Source: Verrucomicrobiota bacterium
GTDB lineage: Bacteria; Verrucomicrobiota; Verrucomicrobiia; Limisphaerales; CANJXF01
DNA length: 18,110 nucleotides
Direction: 5' to 3'
Assembly (NCBI GenBank): GCA_038214755.1
Contig: JBBQRQ010000105.1
Location: 1-18,110 of the forward strand
This document shows positions 1-8,359 of this stretch, piece after piece; the stretch's first letter is position 1, and the number at the start of each line of letters is the position of its first letter. Under the pieces are notes generated by a model that was not told where the DNA came from, ran no database searches, and was given only the letters and a program-made list of their open reading frames with translations. Position numbers and translations under genes: made by a program.

Positions 1-987
1 TTCCGCTGCGTCAAATTCGCCTTGATCCTCACGCAATTCCGGCGGAACAAACGCGAGGTCCAGCGTGGAGAAAATTTCTTCCTCGGTTTTGCAAGTCACG
101 AGCAGGGCCGGGTCGCGCGTTTCCACATCGGATTTGAACAAGCCGTATTCGTTCAAACGCAGCCCTCGGTGAATGGCGCGTTGGCGCATGACGATGTTGT
201 GTTCTTTGCTCCCGGTAAAATAGGCCAGCGCGAATGGAAATTCGGCGTCTGTCACCACGCGCAAATCCGCTTGAATGCCGCCCTCCAAAACCACGCTCGC
301 TTTCGTCTCGCCCTTGGCGCCGACGCTCAAAATTCCGGGCAGCGTCGTGAAAAAATCAATCACCGTCGCTGGACTTTTTGACGAAACCAGAAAATCAACA
401 TCGCCGACAATCTCTTTGAATCGGCGCAAACTTCCGGCGGTGCTGCAACGAATCACGTCGGGATGCTGGCGCAAATTTTCCAGAATCGGTTCGGCAACAA
501 TCAGAGCACTGCTGACGAGATGGCGCGAAGCGTAAGTGCGGCGGAAGGAAATGCCCTCGCAAATTTTGCTTTGAGTTTTTTCGCCGAAACCATCGAGGCC
601 AGCGACCTTTCCCGCCTGACACGCCGTCTCCAATTCATCGAGGCTGGTGATGCCAAGTTTTTCGTAGAGCGCTTTGACTTTTTTTGGGCCGAGGCCGGGC
701 ACACTCAACATTTCCAGCAAACCAGACGGCAACGACGCTTTCAATTCTTCGTAGTAAACCAGCCGCTGCGTTGTGACGAGTTCGGTAATTTTCTTTTGCA
801 AGGCGTCACCAATGCCCTTGATCTCACCGAGTCTATTTTCGGAAACAATGCGTTCGAGTGGCTCGCTTAAACTTTCCAGCGCGCGCGCGGCGTTGGCGTA
901 AGCGCGAGTCTTGAACGGATTCTCGCCCTTCAGTTCGAGCAACGTTCCGATTTCGATGAGGATTTCGGCGACCTGATCTTTGTTCAT
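1..987 (-). CDS. polX: DNA polymerase X family (PolX, probably PolX-PHP); 5' part only, runs off the window edge
   Basis: Manual translation from ATG at 987: MNKDQVAEILIEIGTLLELKGENPFKTRAY...IKGIG...VPGLGPKK...AGSLRRFKEIVGDVDFLV...GIQADLRVV...YFTGSKE...LNEYGLF...PPELRED. Has HhH motifs, GSxRR, DxD and the third Asp. No stop inside the window, so it is absent from the ORF track. Confidence 0.95.
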   Translation of the reverse strand, partial: MNKDQVAEILIEIGTLLELKGENPFKTRAYANAARALESLSEPLERIVSENRLGEIKGIGDALQKKITELVTTQRLVYYEELKASLPSGLLEMLSVPGLGPKKVKALYEKLGITSLDELETACQAGKVAGLDGFGEKTQSKICEGISFRRTYASRHLVSSALIVAEPILENLRQHPDVIRCSTAGSLRRFKEIVGDVDFLVSSKSPATVIDFFTTLPGILSVGAKGETKASVVLEGGIQADLRVVTDAEFPFALAYFTGSKEHNIVMRQRAIHRGLRLNEYGLFKSDVETRDPALLVTCKTEEEIFSTLDLAFVPPELREDQGEFDAAE

Positions 988-995
988 GCGGAGAA

Positions 996-1092
996 AATAT
1001 TGAACGGGATGCGCAGGATAAACAAGTGCCGCCGACATTCTGTCGGCAGAATTCAAATCCTGTTCATCCTGCTTATCCCTGTTAAAAATATT
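996..1092. repeat. Nested imperfect inverted repeat between divergent polX and thiD
   Basis: Left arm aatattgaacgggatgcgcaggataaacaag pairs imperfectly with right arm cctgttcatcctgcttatccctgttaaaaatatt. Inner hairpin gccgaca-ttc-tgtcggc at 1031-1047. Confidence 0.65.
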
Positions 1093-1096
1093 CAGG

Positions 1097-1864
1097 ATGA
1101 ATTCCGAAGGAAAAAAGATTCCGGTCGCGGTGACGATTGCCGGTTCCGACAGCGGTGGCGGCGCGGGTATCCAGGCTGACTTAGAAACATTCGCCGCGCT
1201 CGGAGTTCACGGCACAAGCGCCATCACCTGCCTCACGGCCCAGAATCCAAAAAAAGTTTGGGCGATTGAAGCCGTCCGTCCTGAAATGGTGGAGAAACAA
1301 CTCAAAGCAATTTTCGCTTATTTTCAACCGGGCGCGGCGAAAACCGGAATGTTATTTTCCGCGGAAATTATCCGAGTCGTTGCAAAATTTTTCGCGGATA
1401 AGCGCATTCCGCTGATCGTCGATCCAGTGATGATTGCCTCCAGCGGAACGCGGTTGTTGGAAAAATCCGCCATGCACGCTCTCCAAAAAAATCTTTTGCC
1501 GCTGGCGACGTTGGTCACTCCGAATCTGGATGAAGCGGAAATTTTATTGGGTAAAAAGATTTCATCTCGCGAGGAACTGCAAGCCGCCGCCAAAGATATT
1601 TACGAACGATTCGGTTGCCCCGCGCTCGTCAAAGGCGGACATCTCCCCGGCGCGCAAGCGGTGGATTTTTTTTACGACGGTAAAATGGAATTGGAATTGC
1701 GCGCGAAATTTATCACCGGCATTTCGATGCACGGTTCCGGTTGCACTCACTCCGCCGCGATCACTGGATATTTCGCTCTCGGCCATGATTTGCCAGCGGC
1801 AATCAGCCTGACCAAAAAGTTTATCACACGAAAATTTAGAATACTTTCCCGACAACGGGAATGA
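1097..1864 (+). CDS. thiD: Hydroxymethylpyrimidine/phosphomethylpyrimidine kinase
   Basis: TIAGSDSGGGAGIQADL, TAQN, KTGML, VDPVM, TPNLDEA, VKGGH and HGSGCT motifs. Confidence 0.95.
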   Translation: MNSEGKKIPVAVTIAGSDSGGGAGIQADLETFAALGVHGTSAITCLTAQNPKKVWAIEAVRPEMVEKQLKAIFAYFQPGAAKTGMLFSAEIIRVVAKFFADKRIPLIVDPVMIASSGTRLLEKSAMHALQKNLLPLATLVTPNLDEAEILLGKKISSREELQAAAKDIYERFGCPALVKGGHLPGAQAVDFFYDGKMELELRAKFITGISMHGSGCTHSAAITGYFALGHDLPAAISLTKKFITRKFRILSRQRE

Positions 1865-1913
1865 CTGCAAATTTCTCTGTGGCCTCTGGCCTTTGGTGGT
1901 TTAGATTTCACGC

Positions 1914-2954
1914 ATGTTGGCGAAAGAAGCAATCACCGAAGCGCTCAAGTCCGTAAAATATCCCGGCTACTCCCGTGATATCGTCTCCTTCGGCATCGTC
2001 AAAAATATTTTCATAACCGGCGACCATGTCACCGTGTCCGTTCAACTGTCCGCCGCCAACCCTGAAGTCGCTCAACAATTAAAACGTGAAGCCGAAATTG
2101 TATTGCAAAATTTGCCTGAAGTAAAAACCGCGCGAGTCGATGTCTCCGTCCCGAGCAGTGCGCCGGCAACATCCGCCAATCCGTGGTCCGGGCAAAATAA
2201 AGTTCTCGGTATCAAACGCGTCGTCGCCATCGCCAGCGGAAAAGGCGGCGTCGGCAAATCGACTGTTTCCGTCAACCTCGCCTGCGCCCTGCAAAAACTT
2301 GGAGCAAAAGTCGGCTTGCTCGATTGCGATATTTATGGGCCGAGCATCCCGTTGATGATGGGCATCAATCAAAAACCAACCATCAGCGCCGGTGAAAAAA
2401 TGGTCCCGCCGGAAAACTTCGGCGTCAAATTGATGAGCATGGGGTTTCTGATCGAAGGCGATGCGCCGGTCATTTGGCGCGGGCCCATGATCATGAAAAC
2501 CATTCAGCAGTTTATTCACTCCGTCGAGTGGGGTGATTTGGATTTTCTCCTCGTGGACTTGCCGCCCGGAACCGGCGACGCGCAACTCTCCCTCTGCCAA
2601 ACCGTGCCGCTCGATGGCGGCGTCATCGTCACCACACCGCAAGAAGCTTCGCTCGGCGTCGTGCGAAAAGGGATTGGCATGTTCGAAAAAGTCAACGTGC
2701 CCATTCTCGGCATTGTGGAAAACATGAGTTACTTCACCACGCCAAACGGTGAGCGTGTTGAAATTTTTGGGCACGGCGGCGGTCGTGCCGAAGCCGCGCG
2801 AAAAAATGTTTTGTTCCTTGGCGAGATCCCGCTCTACACCGAAATCCGCATCGGCGGCGACAAAGGCTTGCCCGTTGCCGCCACTGCCCCGGATACCGCG
2901 CCAGCCAGGGCATTTCTGGAAATCGCCCGCGCCTTGTCCAAAACGTTGAGTTGA
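1914..2954 (+). CDS. mrp: Mrp/ApbC (NBP35) Fe-S cluster carrier ATPase with N-terminal DUF59-like domain
   Basis: ASGKGGVGKST deviant Walker A, DCDIYGPS, VIWRGPM, DLPPGTGD, TTPQ and ENMS motifs. Confidence 0.95.
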   Translation: MLAKEAITEALKSVKYPGYSRDIVSFGIVKNIFITGDHVTVSVQLSAANPEVAQQLKREAEIVLQNLPEVKTARVDVSVPSSAPATSANPWSGQNKVLGIKRVVAIASGKGGVGKSTVSVNLACALQKLGAKVGLLDCDIYGPSIPLMMGINQKPTISAGEKMVPPENFGVKLMSMGFLIEGDAPVIWRGPMIMKTIQQFIHSVEWGDLDFLLVDLPPGTGDAQLSLCQTVPLDGGVIVTTPQEASLGVVRKGIGMFEKVNVPILGIVENMSYFTTPNGERVEIFGHGGGRAEAARKNVLFLGEIPLYTEIRIGGDKGLPVAATAPDTAPARAFLEIARALSKTLS

Positions 2955-3058
2955 TTTATCTTTCGCAGCGGGCGCGAAAGCGCACGGCAAATTATTTTCT
3001 ATTGCCACAAAAAACAGCGAGGTGTTACATCGCTGCCGACATTGAAATTATAAATTTT

Positions 3059-3271
3059 ATGATGAACAACACCGACATTTCCGAGGGGCCTGATTTGGTG
3101 CGAAACTCTCCTCTTTACCGCGAGTTCAAAGCCGAGCACGACGAAATTGATCGCCACAAATGGATCGAGTCCGAGAAAGCCGGATACGACATTGGGTTTG
3201 ACCGCGCTGTCACGGATTGGATTCTTCATCATAAATCCAAATGGCGGAGGAGCCGTCCGCGCAATATTTGA
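3059..3271 (+). CDS. Small conserved hypothetical protein (DUF4032-like)
   Basis: SPLYREFKAEHDEIDRHKWIESEKAGYDIGFDRAVTDW resembles the HKWxxSEKxGxDIG motif of DUF4032-like proteins (recalled). Start placed at the MM codons; the ORF-track extension overlaps mrp. Confidence 0.7.
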   Translation: MMNNTDISEGPDLVRNSPLYREFKAEHDEIDRHKWIESEKAGYDIGFDRAVTDWILHHKSKWRRSRPRNI

Positions 3272-3293
3272 TGGTCGGCGATTAAAACCAAAA

Positions 3294-3326
3294 TCCTTTA
3301 AAGCGATCCTGCGAGGTCGCGAAGGG
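3294..3326 (+). promoter_or_regulatory. PyrR-binding RNA stem-loop
   Basis: UCCUUUAAA-GCGAUC-CUGCGA-GGUCGC-GAAGGG. It has the lower CUUUAA motif and upper UCCNGNGAGGY motif of PyrR sites, and lies directly upstream of pyrR-pyrB. Confidence 0.9.
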
Positions 3327-3330
3327 CCGA

Positions 3331-3357
3331 ATGAAAAATAATTCTAAAATTCTGTAG
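3331..3357 (+). other. Candidate leader peptide ORF (MKNNSKIL*)
   Basis: atg aaa aat aat tct aaa att ctg tag, preceded by GAAGGG (3321-3326, the 3' strand of the PyrR hairpin). The stop overlaps the first base of the terminator stem. Confidence 0.4.
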
Positions 3358-3388
3358 CGGCGGTCTAGGACCGCCGCATTTTTTTTTT
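3357..3388 (+). terminator. Intrinsic terminator (pyr attenuator)
   Basis: 9-bp GC stem gcggcggtc-tag-gaccgccgc followed by A and a run of 10 T, 28 nt before the pyrR ATG. Confidence 0.9.
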
Positions 3389-3416
3389 AACGAAGCTGAC
3401 AAAACGCCGCCAGCAA

Positions 3417-3956
3417 ATGTCTGAATCAACTGTCATCCTGAATTCCTCCCTGATGCAGCGGGCTTTGACTCGGATCGCGCACGAAATTGCGGAGCGCAAC
3501 GAAAAGAGCAGTGACATCGTGCTCGTCGGAATTCAGCGCGGCGGAGTTTCTCTCGCACTGCGACTCGGAAAAATTCTCAGCGAAATTTGGAAACAAACTA
3601 TTCCCTTCGGCAGTCTCGATGTCTCCATGCACCGCGATGATTTGTCCCATCACGCCGCCCCCAACGTTCACCCGACGCAAATCCCTTTTGATGTCACCGG
3701 AAAAATTGTGGTGCTGGTTGATGACGTGTTGTTCAGCGGACGAACCATTCGCGCTGCGCTCGATGCGCTCAATGATTTTGGCCGGCCAAAACAAATCCAA
3801 CTCGCTGTGCTGATCGATCGCGGCCATCGCGAGTTGCCGATCAAAGCCGATTTCGTTGGAAAAAATGTTCCGACTTCCCTCTCAGAAAAAATCGTCGTCA
3901 AAATAAATGAACCCAATTCTGAGGATGAAGTCCTCTTGGAGAAATGCCGCGGGTAG
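3417..3956 (+). CDS. pyrR: Pyrimidine operon attenuation protein / uracil phosphoribosyltransferase PyrR
   Basis: RALTRIAHEIAERN, LVDDVLFSGRTIRAALDAL, LIDRGHRELPIKADFVGKNVPT. Confidence 0.97.
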   Translation: MSESTVILNSSLMQRALTRIAHEIAERNEKSSDIVLVGIQRGGVSLALRLGKILSEIWKQTIPFGSLDVSMHRDDLSHHAAPNVHPTQIPFDVTGKIVVLVDDVLFSGRTIRAALDALNDFGRPKQIQLAVLIDRGHRELPIKADFVGKNVPTSLSEKIVVKINEPNSEDEVLLEKCRG

Positions 3957-4007
3957 CATCTGCCTCCGGCGGGCGCCAATCGAATTCTGAAAATTGAAAA
4001 CGCGAAC

Positions 4008-4955
4008 ATGAGTTGGACCCGCAAACATCTGCTCGATATCGAATCCCTCACCGCCGAAGAGATTCAAACGGTGCTCGAAACCGCGCGTGCTTTCAAAGCG
4101 GTCGGAGAGCGCGCCATCAAGAAAGTTCCGGCGCTTCGCGGAAAAACCGTCGTTAATCTTTTCGTCGAACCTTCCACGCGCACCCGCATCAGCTTCGAAC
4201 TCGCCGCGCAACGACTCACCGCTGACATCATCAATTTCAGCGCCGAAGCTTCGTCCTTCAAAAAAGGGGAGACCCTCAAAGACACCGCGAAAAATCTCGA
4301 AGCCCTCAATGCCGACATCATCATCATTCGTCACAGCGCCAGCGGAGCGCCGCATTTTCTGGCGCGATTTCTGAACGCGAGCGTCATCAACGCCGGCGAC
4401 GGCGCGCACGAACATCCTACGCAAGCGTTGCTCGACGCCTTCACCATTTTGGAGAAAAAAGGAAAAATCGCCGGGCTAAACGTCACGATTCTCGGCGACG
4501 TTCTTTATAGCCGCGTCGCTCGATCCAACATTTGGGCGCTGACGAAACTTGGCGCGAACGTGACGTTGTGTGGCCCCTCCACGCTCGTCCCAAAAATTTT
4601 TGAGCAAATGAGCAAACGCGTTCGTGTCACGCACAACGTCGATGAAGCGATTGCGAATGCCGACATCATCAATCTGCTGCGCATCCAACACGAACGTCAG
4701 CGCAAAAGCATGTTTCCGAGTCTCGGCGAATACACGAGCCTCTTTGGATTGAACAAAGTTCGTCTCGAAAAAATTAAATCCGACGCGCTCATCATGCATC
4801 CCGGCCCAATCAATCGCGGTGTGGAGATCGACAGCGAGATCGCCGATTGCGCGCGCTCCGTTATTTTGGAACAAGTCACCAATGGCCTGGCCGTGCGCAT
4901 GGCTGTTTTATTTTTGGTCAACGGCGGAAAAGGGCCGCAGGAAGTCTCGGCGTGA
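4008..4955 (+). CDS. pyrB: Aspartate carbamoyltransferase catalytic subunit
   Basis: [55 protein letters not shown]. Confidence 0.97.
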   Translation: MSWTRKHLLDIESLTAEEIQTVLETARAFKAVGERAIKKVPALRGKTVVNLFVEPSTRTRISFELAAQRLTADIINFSAEASSFKKGETLKDTAKNLEALNADIIIIRHSASGAPHFLARFLNASVINAGDGAHEHPTQALLDAFTILEKKGKIAGLNVTILGDVLYSRVARSNIWALTKLGANVTLCGPSTLVPKIFEQMSKRVRVTHNVDEAIANADIINLLRIQHERQRKSMFPSLGEYTSLFGLNKVRLEKIKSDALIMHPGPINRGVEIDSEIADCARSVILEQVTNGLAVRMAVLFLVNGGKGPQEVSA

Positions 4956-4997
4956 TTTGACAACTTTCTTCGCAGATCCTTCGAGGACGGGACGGTT

Positions 4998-6467
4998 TTA
5001 ATACAGGACATGGCGTTTGATGAGATGATAAACGTCAGTCGAATCAACGTTAGTGTTCGGAAGTAATTCGGCACGGCTGGAAATGAAGATGGGGAAATCT
5101 TTTTCGTTTTCTGGTATGCGTCCGTGCGACCCTTTCACGAGGGTGGCGTCGAGCGGGATGACATTCATCAACATGCGAAAGCCGAGTTTCTTTTGGAGCA
5201 AGCGCCAGAGAATTTTCAGTTTCACCGCCGGAATTTTCGGGTCGAGAAAAAGTTCGACAGGATCGTAACCCGGCTTGCGATGGATATCGACGCAACGCGC
5301 GAAGTCGGGCGCGAGCGCGTCGTCGAGCCAATAGTAATAGGTGAACCAGGCGTTTTCTTTGGCGACCGCAATCAAGTCTCCGGCGCGTGGATGGTTGATT
5401 CGCATTTCCTCTTTCTCAGCGGCGCCGAGGACGCGCTCGACTCCCGCCGTTTGTTCGAGGAGTTCGCGAACGTATTTCTCACAAACGGGACCAGCCAAAT
5501 AAATGTGCGCGATCTGATGATCCGCAACCGCGAACGCCTTGCTCGCGCCACAATCGAGCAACTCCCGCCCAAGCTCGTGTTTGATCGTCAACCAGCCGTC
5601 TTTGCGAAAAATGCGATTGAGATGAATGGGCGTATCGACGTTGGTAATGCCGTATTCGGAAAGCAAAATAATTTGCACGCCGCGCTTCTCAAAAAAGGAA
5701 ATCAAATCGCCGACGATGCTGTCTATGGCGCGGAGATCGGGAATGATGGCGGGATTGATTTTGTAGGAGACGACGTGAGGAGTCTCCGACTTCAAATTCA
5801 AAGCGAAACTTCTGACGTCGTCTCCTACAAAGGGGCCGAGGCGTTGCAGATTGTAATCAAGGTGTGGCAGATAAATTAAATTCAGCGTCGGCGAAAATTT
5901 ATTGTCGATCCACTTCGCCGACTCCGCGATCCAGCGCGAACACGTATCCGGTTCGCCTTGCGGAGTCTTGATTCCAGCCGCCGGACCCCAAAAAGTTGCA
6001 AATGGAAATTCGCCCAAGTCCTTTTTGATCTCTTCGCGAATGGAAAATGGCGACGTATAAATATCAAAAACTTTTCGGCTATCGGCGGGATACATTGGGC
6101 GCGGCGTGATGGAATAATCGGCAGTGGAATACATGTTGTACCACCAGAAAAGTTTCGCGCAGGTGAATTTCGGATCGAGCGCGCGGAGTTCGTCCCAAAT
6201 TTTTTTTCCGTGAACGAGATGATTGGATTGTTTCCAAAACTGAACTTCCGCGAGTTCGCGGTCGTACCAGCCATTGCCGACGACGCCGTGTGCGGAAGGC
6301 GGCGTGCCGGTAAGATAATTTGATTGCGCAGCGCAAGTGACGGCAGGGAACGCGGGAGAAACTTTCACCGCCGCGCCGCTTTGTAGAAACGCGCGGATTT
6401 TCGGCGTGTGCTCGCCGATGAGCGATTCCGTCAAGCCGACGACATTGATGACTGCGGTGCGATTCAT
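4998..6467 (-). CDS. eboF: Alkaline phosphatase-superfamily / nucleotide pyrophosphatase-phosphodiesterase, EboF-like
   Basis: INVVGLT, FPAVTC (Thr nucleophile), HGVVGNGWY, FWKQSN, LFWWYNMY, YLPHLDYNLQ, DIHRKPGYDPVELF, VKGSHGR. Adjacent to an EboD-like gene. Confidence 0.85.
   Translation of the reverse strand: MNRTAVINVVGLTESLIGEHTPKIRAFLQSGAAVKVSPAFPAVTCAAQSNYLTGTPPSAHGVVGNGWYDRELAEVQFWKQSNHLVHGKKIWDELRALDPKFTCAKLFWWYNMYSTADYSITPRPMYPADSRKVFDIYTSPFSIREEIKKDLGEFPFATFWGPAAGIKTPQGEPDTCSRWIAESAKWIDNKFSPTLNLIYLPHLDYNLQRLGPFVGDDVRSFALNLKSETPHVVSYKINPAIIPDLRAIDSIVGDLISFFEKRGVQIILLSEYGITNVDTPIHLNRIFRKDGWLTIKHELGRELLDCGASKAFAVADHQIAHIYLAGPVCEKYVRELLEQTAGVERVLGAAEKEEMRINHPRAGDLIAVAKENAWFTYYYWLDDALAPDFARCVDIHRKPGYDPVELFLDPKIPAVKLKILWRLLQKKLGFRMLMNVIPLDATLVKGSHGRIPENEKDFPIFISSRAELLPNTNVDSTDVYHLIKRHVLY
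5760..5831. repeat. GTAG-type REP/REPIN palindrome inside the eboF-like CDS
   Basis: 17-bp perfect inverted repeat tttgtaggagacgacgt (5760-5776) / acgtcgtctcctacaaa (5815-5831), extending imperfectly inward. Total length 72 bp. Confidence 0.85.
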
Positions 6468-6526
6468 TTCCGCCTGCTAAATAAGCGAAAGGCCGCCGCA
6501 GAGAAATCTTGAATTGAGACAATCCG

Positions 6527-7717
6527 TTACGCCGTCGCGCGAAGGATTTTTTTCAGAGCCGGCCTTTGTCTCTCCTGCAATTCGTGGATCGCTTCGATCA
6601 TGTTTGCTAAATTCATTTCGTGAACTTCGACTCCTTCGCCGATCGCGCGCAATAAAGTGATGGTCAGTTGTCCGCCGAGATGTTCGCGGAATTCTTCGAG
6701 ACCTTTTAACACGTGCAAATTGTTTTCCGCATCGACGTTGAGCAGTTCGTTCGCGAATAGATCAAAGCCAAGTTTCTCCAGCAAAATTAAAATCCGCTCG
6801 GCCGATTTCGCGTCGATCAAACCGATGTTGCGCGAATAAATCACGTCCAACGCAATGCCAATGGCGACGGCTTCGCCATGACGAATTTCGTAATCTGAAA
6901 GTTGTTCTAGTTTGTGTGCGGCCCAATGACCGAAATCGAGCGGACGCGCGGAGCCGAATTCAAAAGGGTCGCCGGATGTCGCGATGTGGTTCACGTGCAA
7001 TTCGGCGGAGCGATAAATGAGTTGTTGCATCGCCGTCGGATCAAACTTTCCCAGCAACTCGGCGTCGCGCTCGATGGTTTCAAAAAAATCCTGGTCGCGA
7101 ATCAGCGCCACTTTCACCGCCTCGACATAACCCGCGCGTTTGTCTCGCGCCGGCAGCGAATGGAGCAATTGGAAATCGTTGATCACCGCGAAGGGCGGAG
7201 CAAATGTGCCGATGAAATTTTTTTTCCCGAAACCGTTGATGCCGTTTTTCACTCCGACGCCGGAATCATCCTGGCTCAAAGTCGTCGTCGGGATTCGCAC
7301 ATGGCGCACGCCGCGATGTGCGGTGGCCGCCGCGAGACCGACCACATCCAGCAACGCCCCGCCGCCGACCGCCAGAATATAGGAATGACGATCGATATGG
7401 AATTTTTCGACGTGCGACTGAATTTCCGAAACGTGAAAATAGGAATTCTTGGCCCGCTCGCCGCCCTCGATAATTAGCGGCGGGCAAACCAGTTTGAGCG
7501 CTTTGTCAGTGGAAAAATAGGTTTCGATTTTCTGTGCGAGGTTGGGTTGTGCGACTGCCAATGTTTGATCTAACACGACGAGCGCCTTGCAAGCCTGGCC
7601 GGGTTTGTTGTTGATCAAAATATCCGCCAGCAACCGATTGCCGGGGTCGAAAACGTTTTGGGTAAAATGCACGCGCAACTGAAAACCAACTTGAATAGTG
7701 CGTTCGATCGGCCACAT
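6527..7717 (-). CDS. eboD: 3-dehydroquinate synthase-like sugar-phosphate cyclase, EboD-like
   Basis: GGERAKN, IDRHSY, GGGALLDVVG, PTTTLSQDDSGVGVKNG, ARPLDFGHWAAHKLE, HGEAVAIG. Start placed at ATG 7717 because the ORF-track extension is antisense to the HTH gene. Confidence 0.85.
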   Translation of the reverse strand: MWPIERTIQVGFQLRVHFTQNVFDPGNRLLADILINNKPGQACKALVVLDQTLAVAQPNLAQKIETYFSTDKALKLVCPPLIIEGGERAKNSYFHVSEIQSHVEKFHIDRHSYILAVGGGALLDVVGLAAATAHRGVRHVRIPTTTLSQDDSGVGVKNGINGFGKKNFIGTFAPPFAVINDFQLLHSLPARDKRAGYVEAVKVALIRDQDFFETIERDAELLGKFDPTAMQQLIYRSAELHVNHIATSGDPFEFGSARPLDFGHWAAHKLEQLSDYEIRHGEAVAIGIALDVIYSRNIGLIDAKSAERILILLEKLGFDLFANELLNVDAENNLHVLKGLEEFREHLGGQLTITLLRAIGEGVEVHEMNLANMIEAIHELQERQRPALKKILRATA

Positions 7718-7813
7718 CGTTTTCACAATGTCTAATCCTGGAGGCGCGAATTCGAGTTTTATTTGAAATCTCCGCAGTTGCCACTCCCGCACAAAAACGT
7801 TATGAGACAGCAA

Positions 7814-8317
7814 ATGTCCACCGTGGCCGAACAACTTCGCGGGGCGCGTGAAGCGCAAAATCTGACGGTGTATCAAATCGCGGAAATTACAAAAATCCGC
7901 ACCGACCACCTTCGCGCTCTCGACGAAGGAAACTACGACGTTTTTTCCGCGCCGGTTTATATTCGCGGTTTCGTTCGCGCTTATGCGATGGCGCTGAAGC
8001 TCGACGTGCCGAAAATCATGGAGTCTCTCCAAGGCGAACTTTCCAAAACTGCGAAACATCACGAGCATCCGCCGCTGACCAAACCGCCAAAAAGCGCGCT
8101 GGACATCTTGATGTTCCAACTCTCGCGCATGAATTGGCGCATCGCGTTGCCGGTCGGAGGCACGGCGATATTATTGCTCATCGCGTTTGGCATTTACCGG
8201 GTGTGGAGCAGCCAAAAAACAAAAGATCCCCTCGCTCATGTTTCCCAGGGAATTTATCAGTCGCCCCAGAAAAATGCCGGCGATACCCTGCCCGTCCCTT
8301 CACCCGCCCGCCGGTAG
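7814..8317 (+). CDS. RodZ-like XRE/HTH membrane protein (short; no large C-terminal domain)
   Basis: AEQLRGAREAQNLT..IAEITKIR..LRALDEGNY...VYIRGFVRAYA..LKLD, followed by a hydrophobic TM segment. It precedes rimO-pgsA as in the conserved rodZ-rimO-pgsA order. Alternative start at 7802. Confidence 0.85.
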   Translation: MSTVAEQLRGAREAQNLTVYQIAEITKIRTDHLRALDEGNYDVFSAPVYIRGFVRAYAMALKLDVPKIMESLQGELSKTAKHHEHPPLTKPPKSALDILMFQLSRMNWRIALPVGGTAILLLIAFGIYRVWSSQKTKDPLAHVSQGIYQSPQKNAGDTLPVPSPARR

Positions 8318-8359
8318 TTGGCAAGGCGCATTTCGGTTTTGCGCATCTTGGAAACACGA

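Noticed and set aside
22..870. Plus-strand ORFs 22-381, 275-535 and 463-870
   Set aside because: Antisense shadows of polX, which occupies 1-987 on the minus strand.
1868..1905. ctctgtggcctctggcctttggtgg low-complexity patch after thiD, and the short thiD C-terminus
   Set aside because: Too short and degenerate to call a repeat family. The thiD catalytic motifs are intact, so it is not called a pseudogene.
3950..3980. pyrR (and the HTH gene at 8314-8317) also end in GTAG
   Set aside because: No clear REP hairpin or paired arm follows, so these may be ordinary TAG stops.
4955..4998. No pyrC after pyrB
   Set aside because: Split pyr operons are common, and pyrC is probably elsewhere in the genome.
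7718..8119. 134-aa N-terminal extension of the DHQS-like ORF (apparent fusion)
   Set aside because: It is antisense to the well-supported HTH gene. Family similarity begins near ATG 7717.
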